Below, one piece after another: positions 1-8,432 of a DNA stretch of 38,583 bases (position 1 is its first letter; every line of letters starts with the position of its first letter). Both the position numbers and the translations under genes were made by a program. The stretch comes from a virus. Lineage: Duplodnaviria > Caudoviricetes. The stretch is taken from the IMG/VR virus record IMGVR_UViG_3300012942_000023, positions 1-38,583 of that record. One strand, given 5' to 3'. Below the pieces are notes generated by a model. It did no database searches. It saw only the letters and a list, made by a program, of their open reading frames with translations, and was not told where the DNA came from.

Positions 1-123
1 GACATGTGCGTCCACATAGTCGGCTCTGCGGTGCAGAACGGCGAGTGGGAGACGGAGCCGGGGATGCCGTTGCCAAAGGAAGTGATCTGGGATGCCTGAC
101 ATCGTGGAGCAGGTGGCGCGGGC
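1..123. repeat. Terminal direct repeat (assembly overlap of a circular genome), copy 1
   Basis: 1-123 is identical to 38461-38583, and ORFs read through the junction. Confidence 0.97.
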
Positions 124-391
124 GTTGTCTGCGCATTGGAAAGACATGCATACCAACGAATCGTTGGGTCGTCAGCGGATGTTGGCGGGACACGCCATCG
201 CCGCTGTCCGCAAGGCTGATGCTGCTGCCCGTCGGGTGACGGTGGACGCCGACGACCTAGCGGAGACGGTGGAGCGTGTGTTGTGCCTGGCTGAGCAGGA
301 AGATGACGCCGGGGCGTTTTATGTGGCGAAGATGATTCGGGAGCCTGCGCGCCGGTTGCAGGCCGCGGTGGACGCATTGGAGGACGAATGA
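92..391 (+). CDS. Hypothetical phage protein
   Basis: 99 aa; overlaps its neighbours at both ends (ATGA-type coupling at 388-391). Confidence 0.75.
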   Translation: MPDIVEQVARALSAHWKDMHTNESLGRQRMLAGHAIAAVRKADAAARRVTVDADDLAETVERVLCLAEQEDDAGAFYVAKMIREPARRLQAAVDALEDE

Positions 392-627
392 TGGCTGACG
401 ATCGTGTGCGTGAGGCGATTGACATTGTGGCTCGGGAGCTGATTTACCTGGCCATCGAGGGTCAATATGTGACCTGGGAGGACTTCCCGGAGCTGGGTGA
501 GTGTGACTGGGTGTCGGTGGCGGCGAAGGCCGAGGAGATCGTTGGGCGGTCGCGGCCGTCGAATGCGGAGTACGAGGCGGCGTACGCGTATCTGGAGCAG
601 CGGGCAGACCCGAGGGAGAATGTGTGA
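388..627 (+). CDS. Hypothetical phage protein
   Basis: 79 aa; GGAGG upstream; stop/start overlaps. Confidence 0.75.
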   Translation: MMADDRVREAIDIVARELIYLAIEGQYVTWEDFPELGECDWVSVAAKAEEIVGRSRPSNAEYEAAYAYLEQRADPRENV

Positions 628-1109
628 TGGCGCTGGATATCGAGTCAATCGAGGCGAGGGCGAACGCTGCCACGCCGGGGCCGTGGGTGCGTATCGGAGA
701 CTCCATCGGCGCGGACGTGAAGAAATGCACATGCGGCGTTCCAAGGTCGGTCTATGGGCATGAGTCAGGGTGCGGCATTGACGGGCCTCTGATCACTGGG
801 GCCGCTATTCCGGATGCCGAGTTCATCGCGGCGGCTCGCGAGGACGTGCCGGCTCTGGTGGCCGAGGTCGAGCGGCTGCGTGCCATTGAAGTTGAGGCGT
901 TGGATGCGACACGGGAGTTCGGGGATGTGCTGGCGCGAGCGGAGAGAGCCGAGGCCGAGGTGAAGCGGCTGAGGGCGCAGCGTGACGCGGTGCTGGCGTT
1001 GCACTACGCGAAAACTGAGTTCGGGCACAGTGGGGAATGGCTGGTCTGCGCCGGATGCATGAAGCTCTGGCCGTGTCCGACGGCCCGCGCGTTGGGGGTG
1101 ACGGAGTGA
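624..1109 (+). CDS. Ead/Ea22-like phage protein with C-terminal CxxC..WPCPT motif
   Basis: IEARANAATPGPW...DAEFIAAAREDVPALVAEVERLR is typical of Ea22-like proteins. Confidence 0.7.
   Translation: MMALDIESIEARANAATPGPWVRIGDSIGADVKKCTCGVPRSVYGHESGCGIDGPLITGAAIPDAEFIAAAREDVPALVAEVERLRAIEVEALDATREFGDVLARAERAEAEVKRLRAQRDAVLALHYAKTEFGHSGEWLVCAGCMKLWPCPTARALGVTE
1086..1108 (+). repeat. 23-bp direct repeat, copy 1 (CGCGCGTTGGGGGTGACGGAGTG)
   Basis: Identical to 1555-1577. Confidence 0.95.
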
Positions 1110-1552
1110 GCCTGACCGTGGTCCCGGTCAAATTCCGCGACGCCGCAGCGTTCGTCGAGTCGCATCATCGACACCACCGCGCCCCTGCCGGCGACATTTT
1201 TCGGCTTGGCGTCGCAGAGGACGGGGTTCTGGTTGGTGTGGCGATGGTCGGCCGCCCCGTGGCGCGCCTCCTGGATGACGGTGCCACGGTGGAGGTGTTG
1301 CGGACAGTGACGGATGGGACGCAGAACGCGAATTCGATGCTCTACGGAGCGTGCTGGCGCGCCGCGAAAGCACTCGGCTACACGCGCATGATCACCTACA
1401 CGCAGACTGGCGAGTCTGGCGCGTCGCTGCATGCGGCTGGTTGGCGCGTCATCGCTGAGCGACCACCGCATGCGGGTTGGGATCGGCCGTCGAGGCGGCG
1501 GCAATTGCGGGGCACCGAGCAGATACAGAGGACACTTTGGGAGGCGTGCTGA
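1106..1552 (+). CDS. XF1762-family protein (GNAT/Mom-like fold, putative DNA-modifying enzyme)
   Basis: GTG start overlaps the upstream stop (GTGA). Motifs AFVxxHHRHH, GVLVGVAMVGRPVAR, EVxRTxTDGTxNANSMLYGA and ITYTQxGESGASLxAAGW. Confidence 0.75.
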   Translation: MSLTVVPVKFRDAAAFVESHHRHHRAPAGDIFRLGVAEDGVLVGVAMVGRPVARLLDDGATVEVLRTVTDGTQNANSMLYGACWRAAKALGYTRMITYTQTGESGASLHAAGWRVIAERPPHAGWDRPSRRRQLRGTEQIQRTLWEAC

Positions 1553-1554
1553 TG

Positions 1555-1577
1555 CGCGCGTTGGGGGTGACGGAGTG
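1555..1577 (+). repeat. 23-bp direct repeat, copy 2
   Basis: Identical to 1086-1108. Confidence 0.95.
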
Positions 1578-1583
1578 GCGGAT

Positions 1584-1820
1584 ATGAGCGAATACTACGA
1601 GGTCGTAGAGTTGGTCGAGCGCGGCCAGGTGCTCGTCCGTCACGGATTCCGGATACTGGCGCATGCTGTCGACGAGGAATTCTGCGCTCTGAATCATCTT
1701 CTGATGATCACGGACAAGCCACCAGCTCCCGCAGGGGTCTATTTGGTGACGTTCGAAGATGACAGATGGTGGTTCAATCCGTGTGATGGCAGCCCGTGCT
1801 ACACGGTGAAGATCGGCTAG
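1584..1820 (+). CDS. Hypothetical protein (MSEYYEVVELVERG...)
   Basis: 3' part of ORF 1431..1820; GGAG upstream of ATG 1584. Confidence 0.6.
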   Translation: MSEYYEVVELVERGQVLVRHGFRILAHAVDEEFCALNHLLMITDKPPAPAGVYLVTFEDDRWWFNPCDGSPCYTVKIG

Positions 1821-1847
1821 AATGGATGGGACGACGGGGGTAGTCAA

Positions 1848-2552
1848 TTGAGTCAATCGCAACTCCTCAACGAGTGCGCCTTCCCGCGCTGCACGGCGGC
1901 CAACGGCCAGCCTGAGTTGGTCGAGGACGGCGTGTTCTGCCAGCCGTGCAAGCGTCGGTACCGCAAGATGCTGGACTGGCTGGCCATGGACTATGTGGCG
2001 CTGCGGGAACTGCCGCCGCTCGCGCGGGCCGACGACGAGCGGCTCGGCAAGGCAGCCCGGTCGAAGGAGTTCGGGCACCCGGCCGAGTGGGCGTCGGACA
2101 TGATGCGCAAACTCGCCGGCATGCTCAACGTCATCGAAGACGGGCTGCGGGACGAGCTCGGCCATCAGCCGGCGGTGCATCCGCAGACCGCCGAGGCTGT
2201 GATGGTCAGGCGCGCGCACTCCTACCTCGTGCCGCACTTCGACCAGCTGTGCACGTACAGCGCGGCGCCGGACACGGCTGAGGAGCTGAGCGACCTGCAC
2301 CGCGCCATCCGCCACGGGCTCGGGCAGACCAAGGTGGTGCAGCGCCTTCCGCTTCGCTGCCCGTGGTGCGAGACCGCGGCGCTTGTCCGGGACGTCGGCC
2401 AGATCGACTGCGCGGCCTGCGGCAAGACCGTGCGCGAAGAGCTGTACGGATGGCTCACCGGCCGCATCCTGGACCAGATGCTGGACGACTACGACGCGGC
2501 GCAACACGCCGAACAGCCAACCTCCGAACAGCGCTCTGCCGTAACCGTGTAA
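1848..2552 (+). CDS. Zinc-ribbon protein, possible late transcription regulator
   Basis: CxxxxC..CxxC at the N-terminus and CPWC..CAACG at the C-terminus; last early gene before HNH/terminase. Function inferred from position. Confidence 0.6.
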   Translation: MSQSQLLNECAFPRCTAANGQPELVEDGVFCQPCKRRYRKMLDWLAMDYVALRELPPLARADDERLGKAARSKEFGHPAEWASDMMRKLAGMLNVIEDGLRDELGHQPAVHPQTAEAVMVRRAHSYLVPHFDQLCTYSAAPDTAEELSDLHRAIRHGLGQTKVVQRLPLRCPWCETAALVRDVGQIDCAACGKTVREELYGWLTGRILDQMLDDYDAAQHAEQPTSEQRSAVTV

Positions 2553-2580
2553 CGTGGTTGCCGGCGGAACAACTGTGCCC

Positions 2581-2615
2581 AAGCCCTCGACTCGCACGCG
2601 CGGATCGGGGGCTTT
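2581..2615 (+). terminator. Stem-loop (AAGCCCTCGA...TCGGGGGCTTT), terminator/attenuator-like
   Basis: 10-bp stem with one G-U pair, ending in TTT; intergenic. Confidence 0.45.
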
Positions 2616-2618
2616 CGC

Positions 2619-2858
2619 ATGTCACGGGGAGGCCATGTGCAGCTCGTCACCGACTCGCTAGAGGAACTGATCACCACGGCCGAGGCGGCGTCAGCGTGCG
2701 GCGTGTCCGCGGTGACGATCCGCCAGTGGAAGCACCGCGGATGGCTTGCGCCCAGCGGCCTCGACCAACGCAACCGGCCGCTTTACCGAATGGTCGACGT
2801 GCTCCGGTGCGAGAGAGACACCAGGCGACGGGCGCTCGGCAAGACGCGCATCGCCTGA
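2619..2858 (+). CDS. MerR-like/HTH DNA-binding protein
   Basis: ITTAEAASACGVSAVTIRQWKHRGWL...LYRMVDV. Confidence 0.8.
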   Translation: MSRGGHVQLVTDSLEELITTAEAASACGVSAVTIRQWKHRGWLAPSGLDQRNRPLYRMVDVLRCERDTRRRALGKTRIA

Positions 2859-2958
2859 CCGCCAGAGGTTGGCCGCGTCAGCGGCTCCTGGCAGTGCAGG
2901 ACCACAGACCAGGCCGCAGACGGGCGGCGGCAGTCAGGTGAGGGACGGCAGGTGAGAC

Positions 2959-3240
2959 GTGACCTGGGGCCGCGGCAGCACCAGCCAATGGCGACGCACA
3001 CGCGCACTCATCCTCGACCGCGACCACAACACCTGCCGACTCTGCGGGGCGACCGCAACCGAAGTCGACCACATCGTTTCCATAGCCCGGGGCGGCGACG
3101 ACAACCCCCCCAACCTCCGCGCCCTCTGTGCCCGGTGCCACCGACAAAAGACATTGAAAGAAGCCGCAGACGGACGCAGGGCGCGCGCAGACGCACGTCG
3201 ACAAGCAACACGCAAGCCGCATCCTGGCCTCAAATGGTGA
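2959..3240 (+). CDS. HNH endonuclease (packaging-associated)
   Basis: RDHNTCRLCG...VDHI...NLRALCARCHRQKT, immediately upstream of terS. Confidence 0.92.
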   Translation: MTWGRGSTSQWRRTRALILDRDHNTCRLCGATATEVDHIVSIARGGDDNPPNLRALCARCHRQKTLKEAADGRRARADARRQATRKPHPGLKW

Positions 3241-3243
3241 CTT

Positions 3244-3270
3244 GGGTGGGGGGCACCCCTCCCCCCACCC
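3244..3270. other. 10-bp inverted repeat in the probable cos/packaging-initiation region
   Basis: GGGTGGGGGG (3244-3253) / CCCCCCACCC (3261-3270) in the HNH-terS gap; cos role is inferred. Confidence 0.45.
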
Positions 3271-3446
3271 CGCCCGACACCTGGAAGGTGCTGCGGCTCG
3301 GGTTGCGTACGACTCTGGGAAGTCGCTGAGCGGACGTTCTGACGCTGCCCGCAACTCCTCCCTGATCGCCCCTCGTTCGTTGTTCTACGTTCGTCTCAGC
3401 GGCTCCCGGCATGGGTCGCCGCCTATCCCGACATGGGAGGTAAGTC

Positions 3447-3905
3447 ATGGCCGGTCGCGGCCCCGCGCCGAAGGATCCGAGCAAGCGCGCTCGGCGCAAT
3501 GTCGATCCGGTGGCGCTTCGTGTGATCACGGCTGAGCGGACTGCGCAGCCTGAGCTCCCGACGTTTCAGATCGAGTCCGATGGCGAGTTGGTGGATTTCA
3601 CGTGGCCGGCGGCGACGCAGGACTGGTGGCGGATTTGGGCTGAGTCTCCGTTGTCGGCTGACTTCACGGACATCGACTGGTCGTATCTGATGGACACGGC
3701 CTTGCTGCACGCGCGGTATTGGCATGGCGATCACAAGGTGGCTGGCGAGATCAGGTTGCGGGAGGCTCAGTTCGGGGCGACCCCGGCTGACCGTGCTCGT
3801 CTGCGGATCACTTTGGTGCAGGCGGATGAGGCTGAGAGCCACAAGGGCAAGCCTGCGGCTTCGTCTCGTGACCGCTATAAGGGTCTTCGCGCTGCGGGCT
3901 CGTAG
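3447..3905 (+). CDS. terS: Terminase small subunit
   Basis: MAGRGPAPK..RRN..WPAATQDWW..EIRLREAQFGATPADRARLRI is the actinophage TerS pattern; GGGAGG RBS; precedes terL. Confidence 0.88.
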   Translation: MAGRGPAPKDPSKRARRNVDPVALRVITAERTAQPELPTFQIESDGELVDFTWPAATQDWWRIWAESPLSADFTDIDWSYLMDTALLHARYWHGDHKVAGEIRLREAQFGATPADRARLRITLVQADEAESHKGKPAASSRDRYKGLRAAGS

Positions 3906-5561
3906 ATGCCGTGGAAGCCGTCGTTTCCGGGCGAGCGGCCGACCCTGGGCTGGTATGTCCTGGATTGGATGAACGCCTACCTTGCGCGCCCGGCGTTGGG
4001 CTATTACGAGCCGTTTGTTCCGTATCGGGAGCAGGCTCAGTTCGTCCTTGACTGGTATGAGCTGGATCCGTTGACGTGCCGGTTCCGCTATGACCGGGCT
4101 GTCATCGGCCGCCCCCGTGGTTGGGGGAAGTCGCCGATCTTGGCTGCCCTGTCGGCTGTCGAGGGTTTGGCCGATGTGGTGCCGGCGGGTTGGGATGCGA
4201 GCGGGCAGCCGGTGGGCCGTCCGTGGTCGGATTTCAAGACGCCGCTGGTGCAGATCGCCGCGGTGTCGGAGGAGCAGACGTCCAACACGTGGCAGCCGCT
4301 GTTGGAGATGCTGCGGGACGGCCCGGCGTGCGACGAGTTCCCAGGCTTGGAGCCGTTGGAGACGTTCGTCAATTTGCCGCGGGGGCAGATTAGGCAGATC
4401 GCGTCGTCGGCTCGGACGCAGAAGGGGAAGCCGGCGACGGCGGCCTTTCTGGATCAGACGGAGGAATGGGTGCCGTCGAATGGCGGCCCGCGGTTCGCTC
4501 AGACGATCCGCACGAACGTGTCGAAGAACGGCGGCCGGACGGTGGAGTCGCCGAACGCCTACATGCCGGGCGAGCAGTCGGTGGCTGAGCAGTCGGCCGA
4601 GTTTTGGGCGAAGGTCCGCGAGGGCCGCGCCAAGTCGGAGTCGATCCTGTACGACCATCGGGAAGCGCCGCCTGAGACTGATCTCGCCGACCACGATTCG
4701 CTGATCGCCGGCCTGCGGGTAGCTTACGGCGATTCGTCTGGGCATCCGGGCGGCTGTGTGATCCATGATCCGCCGTGCCCGCCGGGGCATGTGGACTTGG
4801 AGGCGCAGGTCACGCGCATCTGGGATCCGGCGACCGATGAGCAGATGGCCCGTTCGGACTATTTGAATCAGATCACTCACGCCTCGGACGCGTGGGTGTC
4901 GAAGCCGGATTGGGATGCCCGGTTCGACGGCACGAAGAGCATCGCTGACCGCGATGTGGTGGTGCTGGGTTTCGACGGCTCGGCGGGCCGGGCGAAGGGC
5001 AAAGCGGACGCGACGGCGTTGATCGGCTGCCGGGTGTCGGACGGCCACGTTTTCGAGCTCCGCGTCTGGGAGCAGCCCGACGGGCCGGCCGGCCAGGATT
5101 GGGAGCCGCCGGTCGTCGAGGTAGACGCCGCCGTGGACGCGGCGTTCGCGATGTACACGGTGGTGGGTTTCGCCGCTGACCCGTCGAAGTGGGCGACTCA
5201 GGTGGCGGGCTGGACGACGAAGCACGGCCGGCATTTGAAGGTGAAGGCGTCGGGCAAGGGCCCGATCGAGGCGTGGCCGGGCGGCAAGGGATCGGGCGCG
5301 GTGCAGGCCGTGAAGGACGCCCACGACGCCATCGTGAACGGGGAGCTGACGCACGACGGCAGCCACATGCTGACCAAGCATGTGCTCAACGCCCGCAAGC
5401 GCAACGTGCGCACCGGCTACCTGATCTACAAGGAATATCCGGATTCACCGAACAAGATCGACGGCGCGTATGCGCTGGCGATGGTCTGGAAGATGCGCGT
5501 CGCCGCGCTGGCGCTGGGCTTGGGCAAACCGCAGAAACGGACCGTGCGACGACTCAGGTAA
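3906..5561 (+). CDS. terL: Terminase large subunit
   Basis: Walker A RPRGWGKSP, IAAVSEEQT, Walker-B-like FLDQTEE, nuclease motifs LGFDGS..DATAL and KIDG. Confidence 0.95.
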   Translation: MPWKPSFPGERPTLGWYVLDWMNAYLARPALGYYEPFVPYREQAQFVLDWYELDPLTCRFRYDRAVIGRPRGWGKSPILAALSAVEGLADVVPAGWDASGQPVGRPWSDFKTPLVQIAAVSEEQTSNTWQPLLEMLRDGPACDEFPGLEPLETFVNLPRGQIRQIASSARTQKGKPATAAFLDQTEEWVPSNGGPRFAQTIRTNVSKNGGRTVESPNAYMPGEQSVAEQSAEFWAKVREGRAKSESILYDHREAPPETDLADHDSLIAGLRVAYGDSSGHPGGCVIHDPPCPPGHVDLEAQVTRIWDPATDEQMARSDYLNQITHASDAWVSKPDWDARFDGTKSIADRDVVVLGFDGSAGRAKGKADATALIGCRVSDGHVFELRVWEQPDGPAGQDWEPPVVEVDAAVDAAFAMYTVVGFAADPSKWATQVAGWTTKHGRHLKVKASGKGPIEAWPGGKGSGAVQAVKDAHDAIVNGELTHDGSHMLTKHVLNARKRNVRTGYLIYKEYPDSPNKIDGAYALAMVWKMRVAALALGLGKPQKRTVRRLR

Positions 5562-5570
5562 GGGGGCAGT

Positions 5571-6977
5571 GTGGCTGACCTGTCTCCGGACCAGTGGCTT
5601 TCGTGGCTCGCGGCCCGCATGGACGCCCGGGCGTCGCGGCTGTCCGGGCTGCGTGACCGGGTTGAGGGCCGGGCTCCGCTGCCTGAGGGCGCTGAGGGTG
5701 TCCATGAGGCGTACCGGGCGTTTCAGCGGAAGGCGCGGACGAACTTCGCCGAGCTGGTGGTGCAGGCTGTCGCCGAGCGCATGGTGCATTCGGGTGTGCG
5801 GGTCGGCGACGACTCCTCGGACGACGACGCGGCCCGGGCGGTGCTCAAACGCAACAAAGCGCAGCTGATTTTCCCGGACGTCTACAACGACATGCTGGGC
5901 CTGTCCTGCGGCTACGTGTCGGTGACGGGAGGCCCGGGCGCGGCGAAGCTCACCTACGAGCGGCCTGAGCAGGTCATCACCGAGCAGGATCCGCTTGACC
6001 CGTGGGAGACGCGGGCAGGTTTGAAGATTTGGCGTGACCGTGTGGCGGGCGCTGATTATGCGGTGTTGTCGCTGCCGGGGGCGATGTACCGGTGGACGCG
6101 GCAGTTTTTGACGTCGCCGTATGCGCCGTCCGCGCCGATCCGGGCGTCGGGCGGCTGGCAGCCGGTGGATTACCTGACGGGCCTTGTGCCGTGGGTGACG
6201 ATCGTCCCGTTCTTCAACGCGGGCAGCTATGACGCGGAAACGCAGGGTGTCGCCGAGTTCGAGCGGCACACGGACATCCTCGACCGGATCGACTTGGGCA
6301 TCTTGCAGCGCCTGGTCATCATGGCGATGCAGGCGTACCGGCAGCGGGCGCTCAAGGGCGATCTGCCGGAGACGGACGAGTCCGGGAATGTCATCGACTA
6401 CGGCCCGCTGTTTCAGCCGGGGGCTGGGCATCTGTGGCAGTTGCCTGAGGGTGTCGAGTTGTGGGAGTCGGGGACCACTGATTTGAATCCGCTGCTGTCG
6501 GCGGTGAAGGACGATCTCCGGGACCTCTCGGCCGTGACCCGGACGCCTCTGTCGACGCTGGTCCCGGAGGGCGCGAATCAGTCGGCGGACGGGGCGGCGT
6601 TCGCCCGTGAGGGCCTGATTTTCAAGACGTCGAATCGGATCGACCGGGCTCGTGTCCCCACTGATCAGGTGGTGGCGCGGCTGCTGGCGATCGAGAGCGG
6701 CTCCGCGGAACTGCCCGAGGTTTCGGTGGATTTCGCCCCGCCGGAGCGTCTGTCGCTGTCGGAGCGCGCGGACGCCGCGACGAAGGCCGCCAACGACCTG
6801 CCGTGGCGCACGCGGGTCACCGACATCTGGGGCTACGACGGCGACGCGGCGGACCGCATGGAGGCTGAGCGGGCGCAGGACGCGCTTGTCCTCGGCTTGT
6901 CTCAGCCGATCGCCCCGTCCGCGCCGGCTCTGCCGCAGATCGGCCAGCCGACGCCGGCCGGTGTGACCGGTGCCTGA
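5571..6977 (+). CDS. Portal protein (SPP1 gp6-like)
   Basis: 468 aa after terL; RTNFAELVVQAVAER and QAYRQRALKG motifs. Confidence 0.92.
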   Translation: MADLSPDQWLSWLAARMDARASRLSGLRDRVEGRAPLPEGAEGVHEAYRAFQRKARTNFAELVVQAVAERMVHSGVRVGDDSSDDDAARAVLKRNKAQLIFPDVYNDMLGLSCGYVSVTGGPGAAKLTYERPEQVITEQDPLDPWETRAGLKIWRDRVAGADYAVLSLPGAMYRWTRQFLTSPYAPSAPIRASGGWQPVDYLTGLVPWVTIVPFFNAGSYDAETQGVAEFERHTDILDRIDLGILQRLVIMAMQAYRQRALKGDLPETDESGNVIDYGPLFQPGAGHLWQLPEGVELWESGTTDLNPLLSAVKDDLRDLSAVTRTPLSTLVPEGANQSADGAAFAREGLIFKTSNRIDRARVPTDQVVARLLAIESGSAELPEVSVDFAPPERLSLSERADAATKAANDLPWRTRVTDIWGYDGDAADRMEAERAQDALVLGLSQPIAPSAPALPQIGQPTPAGVTGA

Positions 6978-7746
6978 CCTGCTCGACGCCTACCAGCGGC
7001 AGACGGCGCAGATCAGGCAGCGCCTGGAGCAGGTCATCCGGGCCACCTGGGGCGGTTTGTCGTCGTTTCGGGACGCCGACATGGCGGCCTGGGAAAAGCG
7101 CGTGATCCCGATCGTGTTGGCCGCGGAGAAACAGACGGCGACGTTGACCGACGCCTATTTGACGCGGGTGGCGGCGAAGGCCGCCCCGAAGGCGTTGAAG
7201 TTGTCGGCGGTCACCGGGGACGTGCTGCGGGGCGTGCCAATGGACGAGGTCTACCACCGGCCGGCGGTGACTGTCTACACGACGCTCTCGAAAGGACAGG
7301 GCGTCGACCAGGCGGTTCAGGCCGGGCTCGTCCGGGCGCTGTCGTTGGCGATGACAGACGTTCAGCTTTCCAAGACGCACGCCGCCCGGGCCAACCAGTC
7401 CGGACGCGGCGTCCGCTATTTCAAGCGGACGTTGACCGGCTCCGAGAATTGCGCGCTGTGTGTCATCGCCTCCACGCAGCGGTATCACGTCGGCGATCTG
7501 TCGCCGATCCATCCGGGCTGCGACTGCGGCGTGGATGACGTCAAGGCCGGCGAGGATCCCGGCCAGGTCATCGCCCCGGATTTGCTGGAGGCCGCGCACG
7601 ACGCGGTTGCCAAGTCGGGCAGCAAAGTCGACCGCGGTGGCCGGGACACCGACTACCGCAAGCTGATCGTCGTGCGCCAGCACGGCGAATACGGCCCGAC
7701 GCTGGCTGTCCGCGGCCAGCATTTCGAAGGTCCCGCCGACATCTAG
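6970..7746 (+). CDS. MuF-like minor capsid / capsid maturation protein
   Basis: KRTLTGSENCALCVIAS..PIHPGCDC; lies between portal and scaffold. Confidence 0.8.
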   Translation: MPDLLDAYQRQTAQIRQRLEQVIRATWGGLSSFRDADMAAWEKRVIPIVLAAEKQTATLTDAYLTRVAAKAAPKALKLSAVTGDVLRGVPMDEVYHRPAVTVYTTLSKGQGVDQAVQAGLVRALSLAMTDVQLSKTHAARANQSGRGVRYFKRTLTGSENCALCVIASTQRYHVGDLSPIHPGCDCGVDDVKAGEDPGQVIAPDLLEAAHDAVAKSGSKVDRGGRDTDYRKLIVVRQHGEYGPTLAVRGQHFEGPADI

Positions 7747-7801
7747 ACCACCGCGCCATGCACATGGCCCGGTTTTCACCCCCTGACACAGGAGGACAGC
7801 T

Positions 7802-8419
7802 ATGCCCGACGCTCCGACCACTCCGACCCCGGCAGATCAGCCTGCCGCGCCGACGCCGACCCCGGTTCCGACGCCGCCGGCCGATCCTCCCAATCCTGCC
7901 GCGTCGTCGGCCGCCACGGCTGACGACGGCAAGGATTGGAAGGCCGAGGCCGAGAAGTGGAAGGACCTCGCCCGCAAGCATGAGCGGCGCCAACTCGAAG
8001 CCCTGGGTTTCGACCCGGAGCAGGTCGAGAAGTTCAAGGCCGACCCGTCGTCGGTGGCGAAGAAAGCCACCGGATACGACGAGCTGCTGGAGCGGATCGC
8101 CGGTATCGAGAAGGACCGCGACGAGGCCAAGCAGCAGGCTCTCAAGGCCACCGTGGCGTCCGCGAAGGGTGTCCCGGCCGAGTTGCTGGCTGGTTCGACT
8201 CAGGCCGAATTGGAGGCCGCCGCTGACAGGCTGCTGGCATTCAAGACCGCGACCGCGCCGCCGCGGTCGGCCACGCCACAGGAAGCCGGGGCCGGCAAGC
8301 AGGGCATGGACGTCGGCGCGCCAAAGCAATTGACCCGTGAAGACCTCGCGAAGCTCTCGCCCGAGGACCGCCTGAAGGCGGCCAAAGACGGGCAGCTCCG
8401 CGACCTCCTCAAAGCCTAG
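7802..8419 (+). CDS. Head scaffolding protein
   Basis: Pro-rich N-terminus, DWKAEAEKWKDLARKHE, LLAGSTQAELEAAAD; AGGAGG RBS. Confidence 0.88.
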   Translation: MPDAPTTPTPADQPAAPTPTPVPTPPADPPNPAASSAATADDGKDWKAEAEKWKDLARKHERRQLEALGFDPEQVEKFKADPSSVAKKATGYDELLERIAGIEKDRDEAKQQALKATVASAKGVPAELLAGSTQAELEAAADRLLAFKTATAPPRSATPQEAGAGKQGMDVGAPKQLTREDLAKLSPEDRLKAAKDGQLRDLLKA

Positions 8420-8432
8420 AAAGGGCTGAACA

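Noticed and set aside
4446-4466. Atypical terminase Walker B (FLDQTEE) as a sign of inactivation
   Set aside because: All other motifs are intact and acidic residues follow; most likely a family variant.
3423-5381. 652-aa minus-strand ORF and other long antisense ORFs (8409-9944, 13895-15568, 22445-23434)
   Set aside because: Shadows of high-GC coding genes; no RBS or recognisable motifs.
7749-7759. CACCGCGCCAT repeated at 25206-25216 after the tRNA-like gene
   Set aside because: An 11-nt GC-rich match is expected by chance in a genome of this composition.
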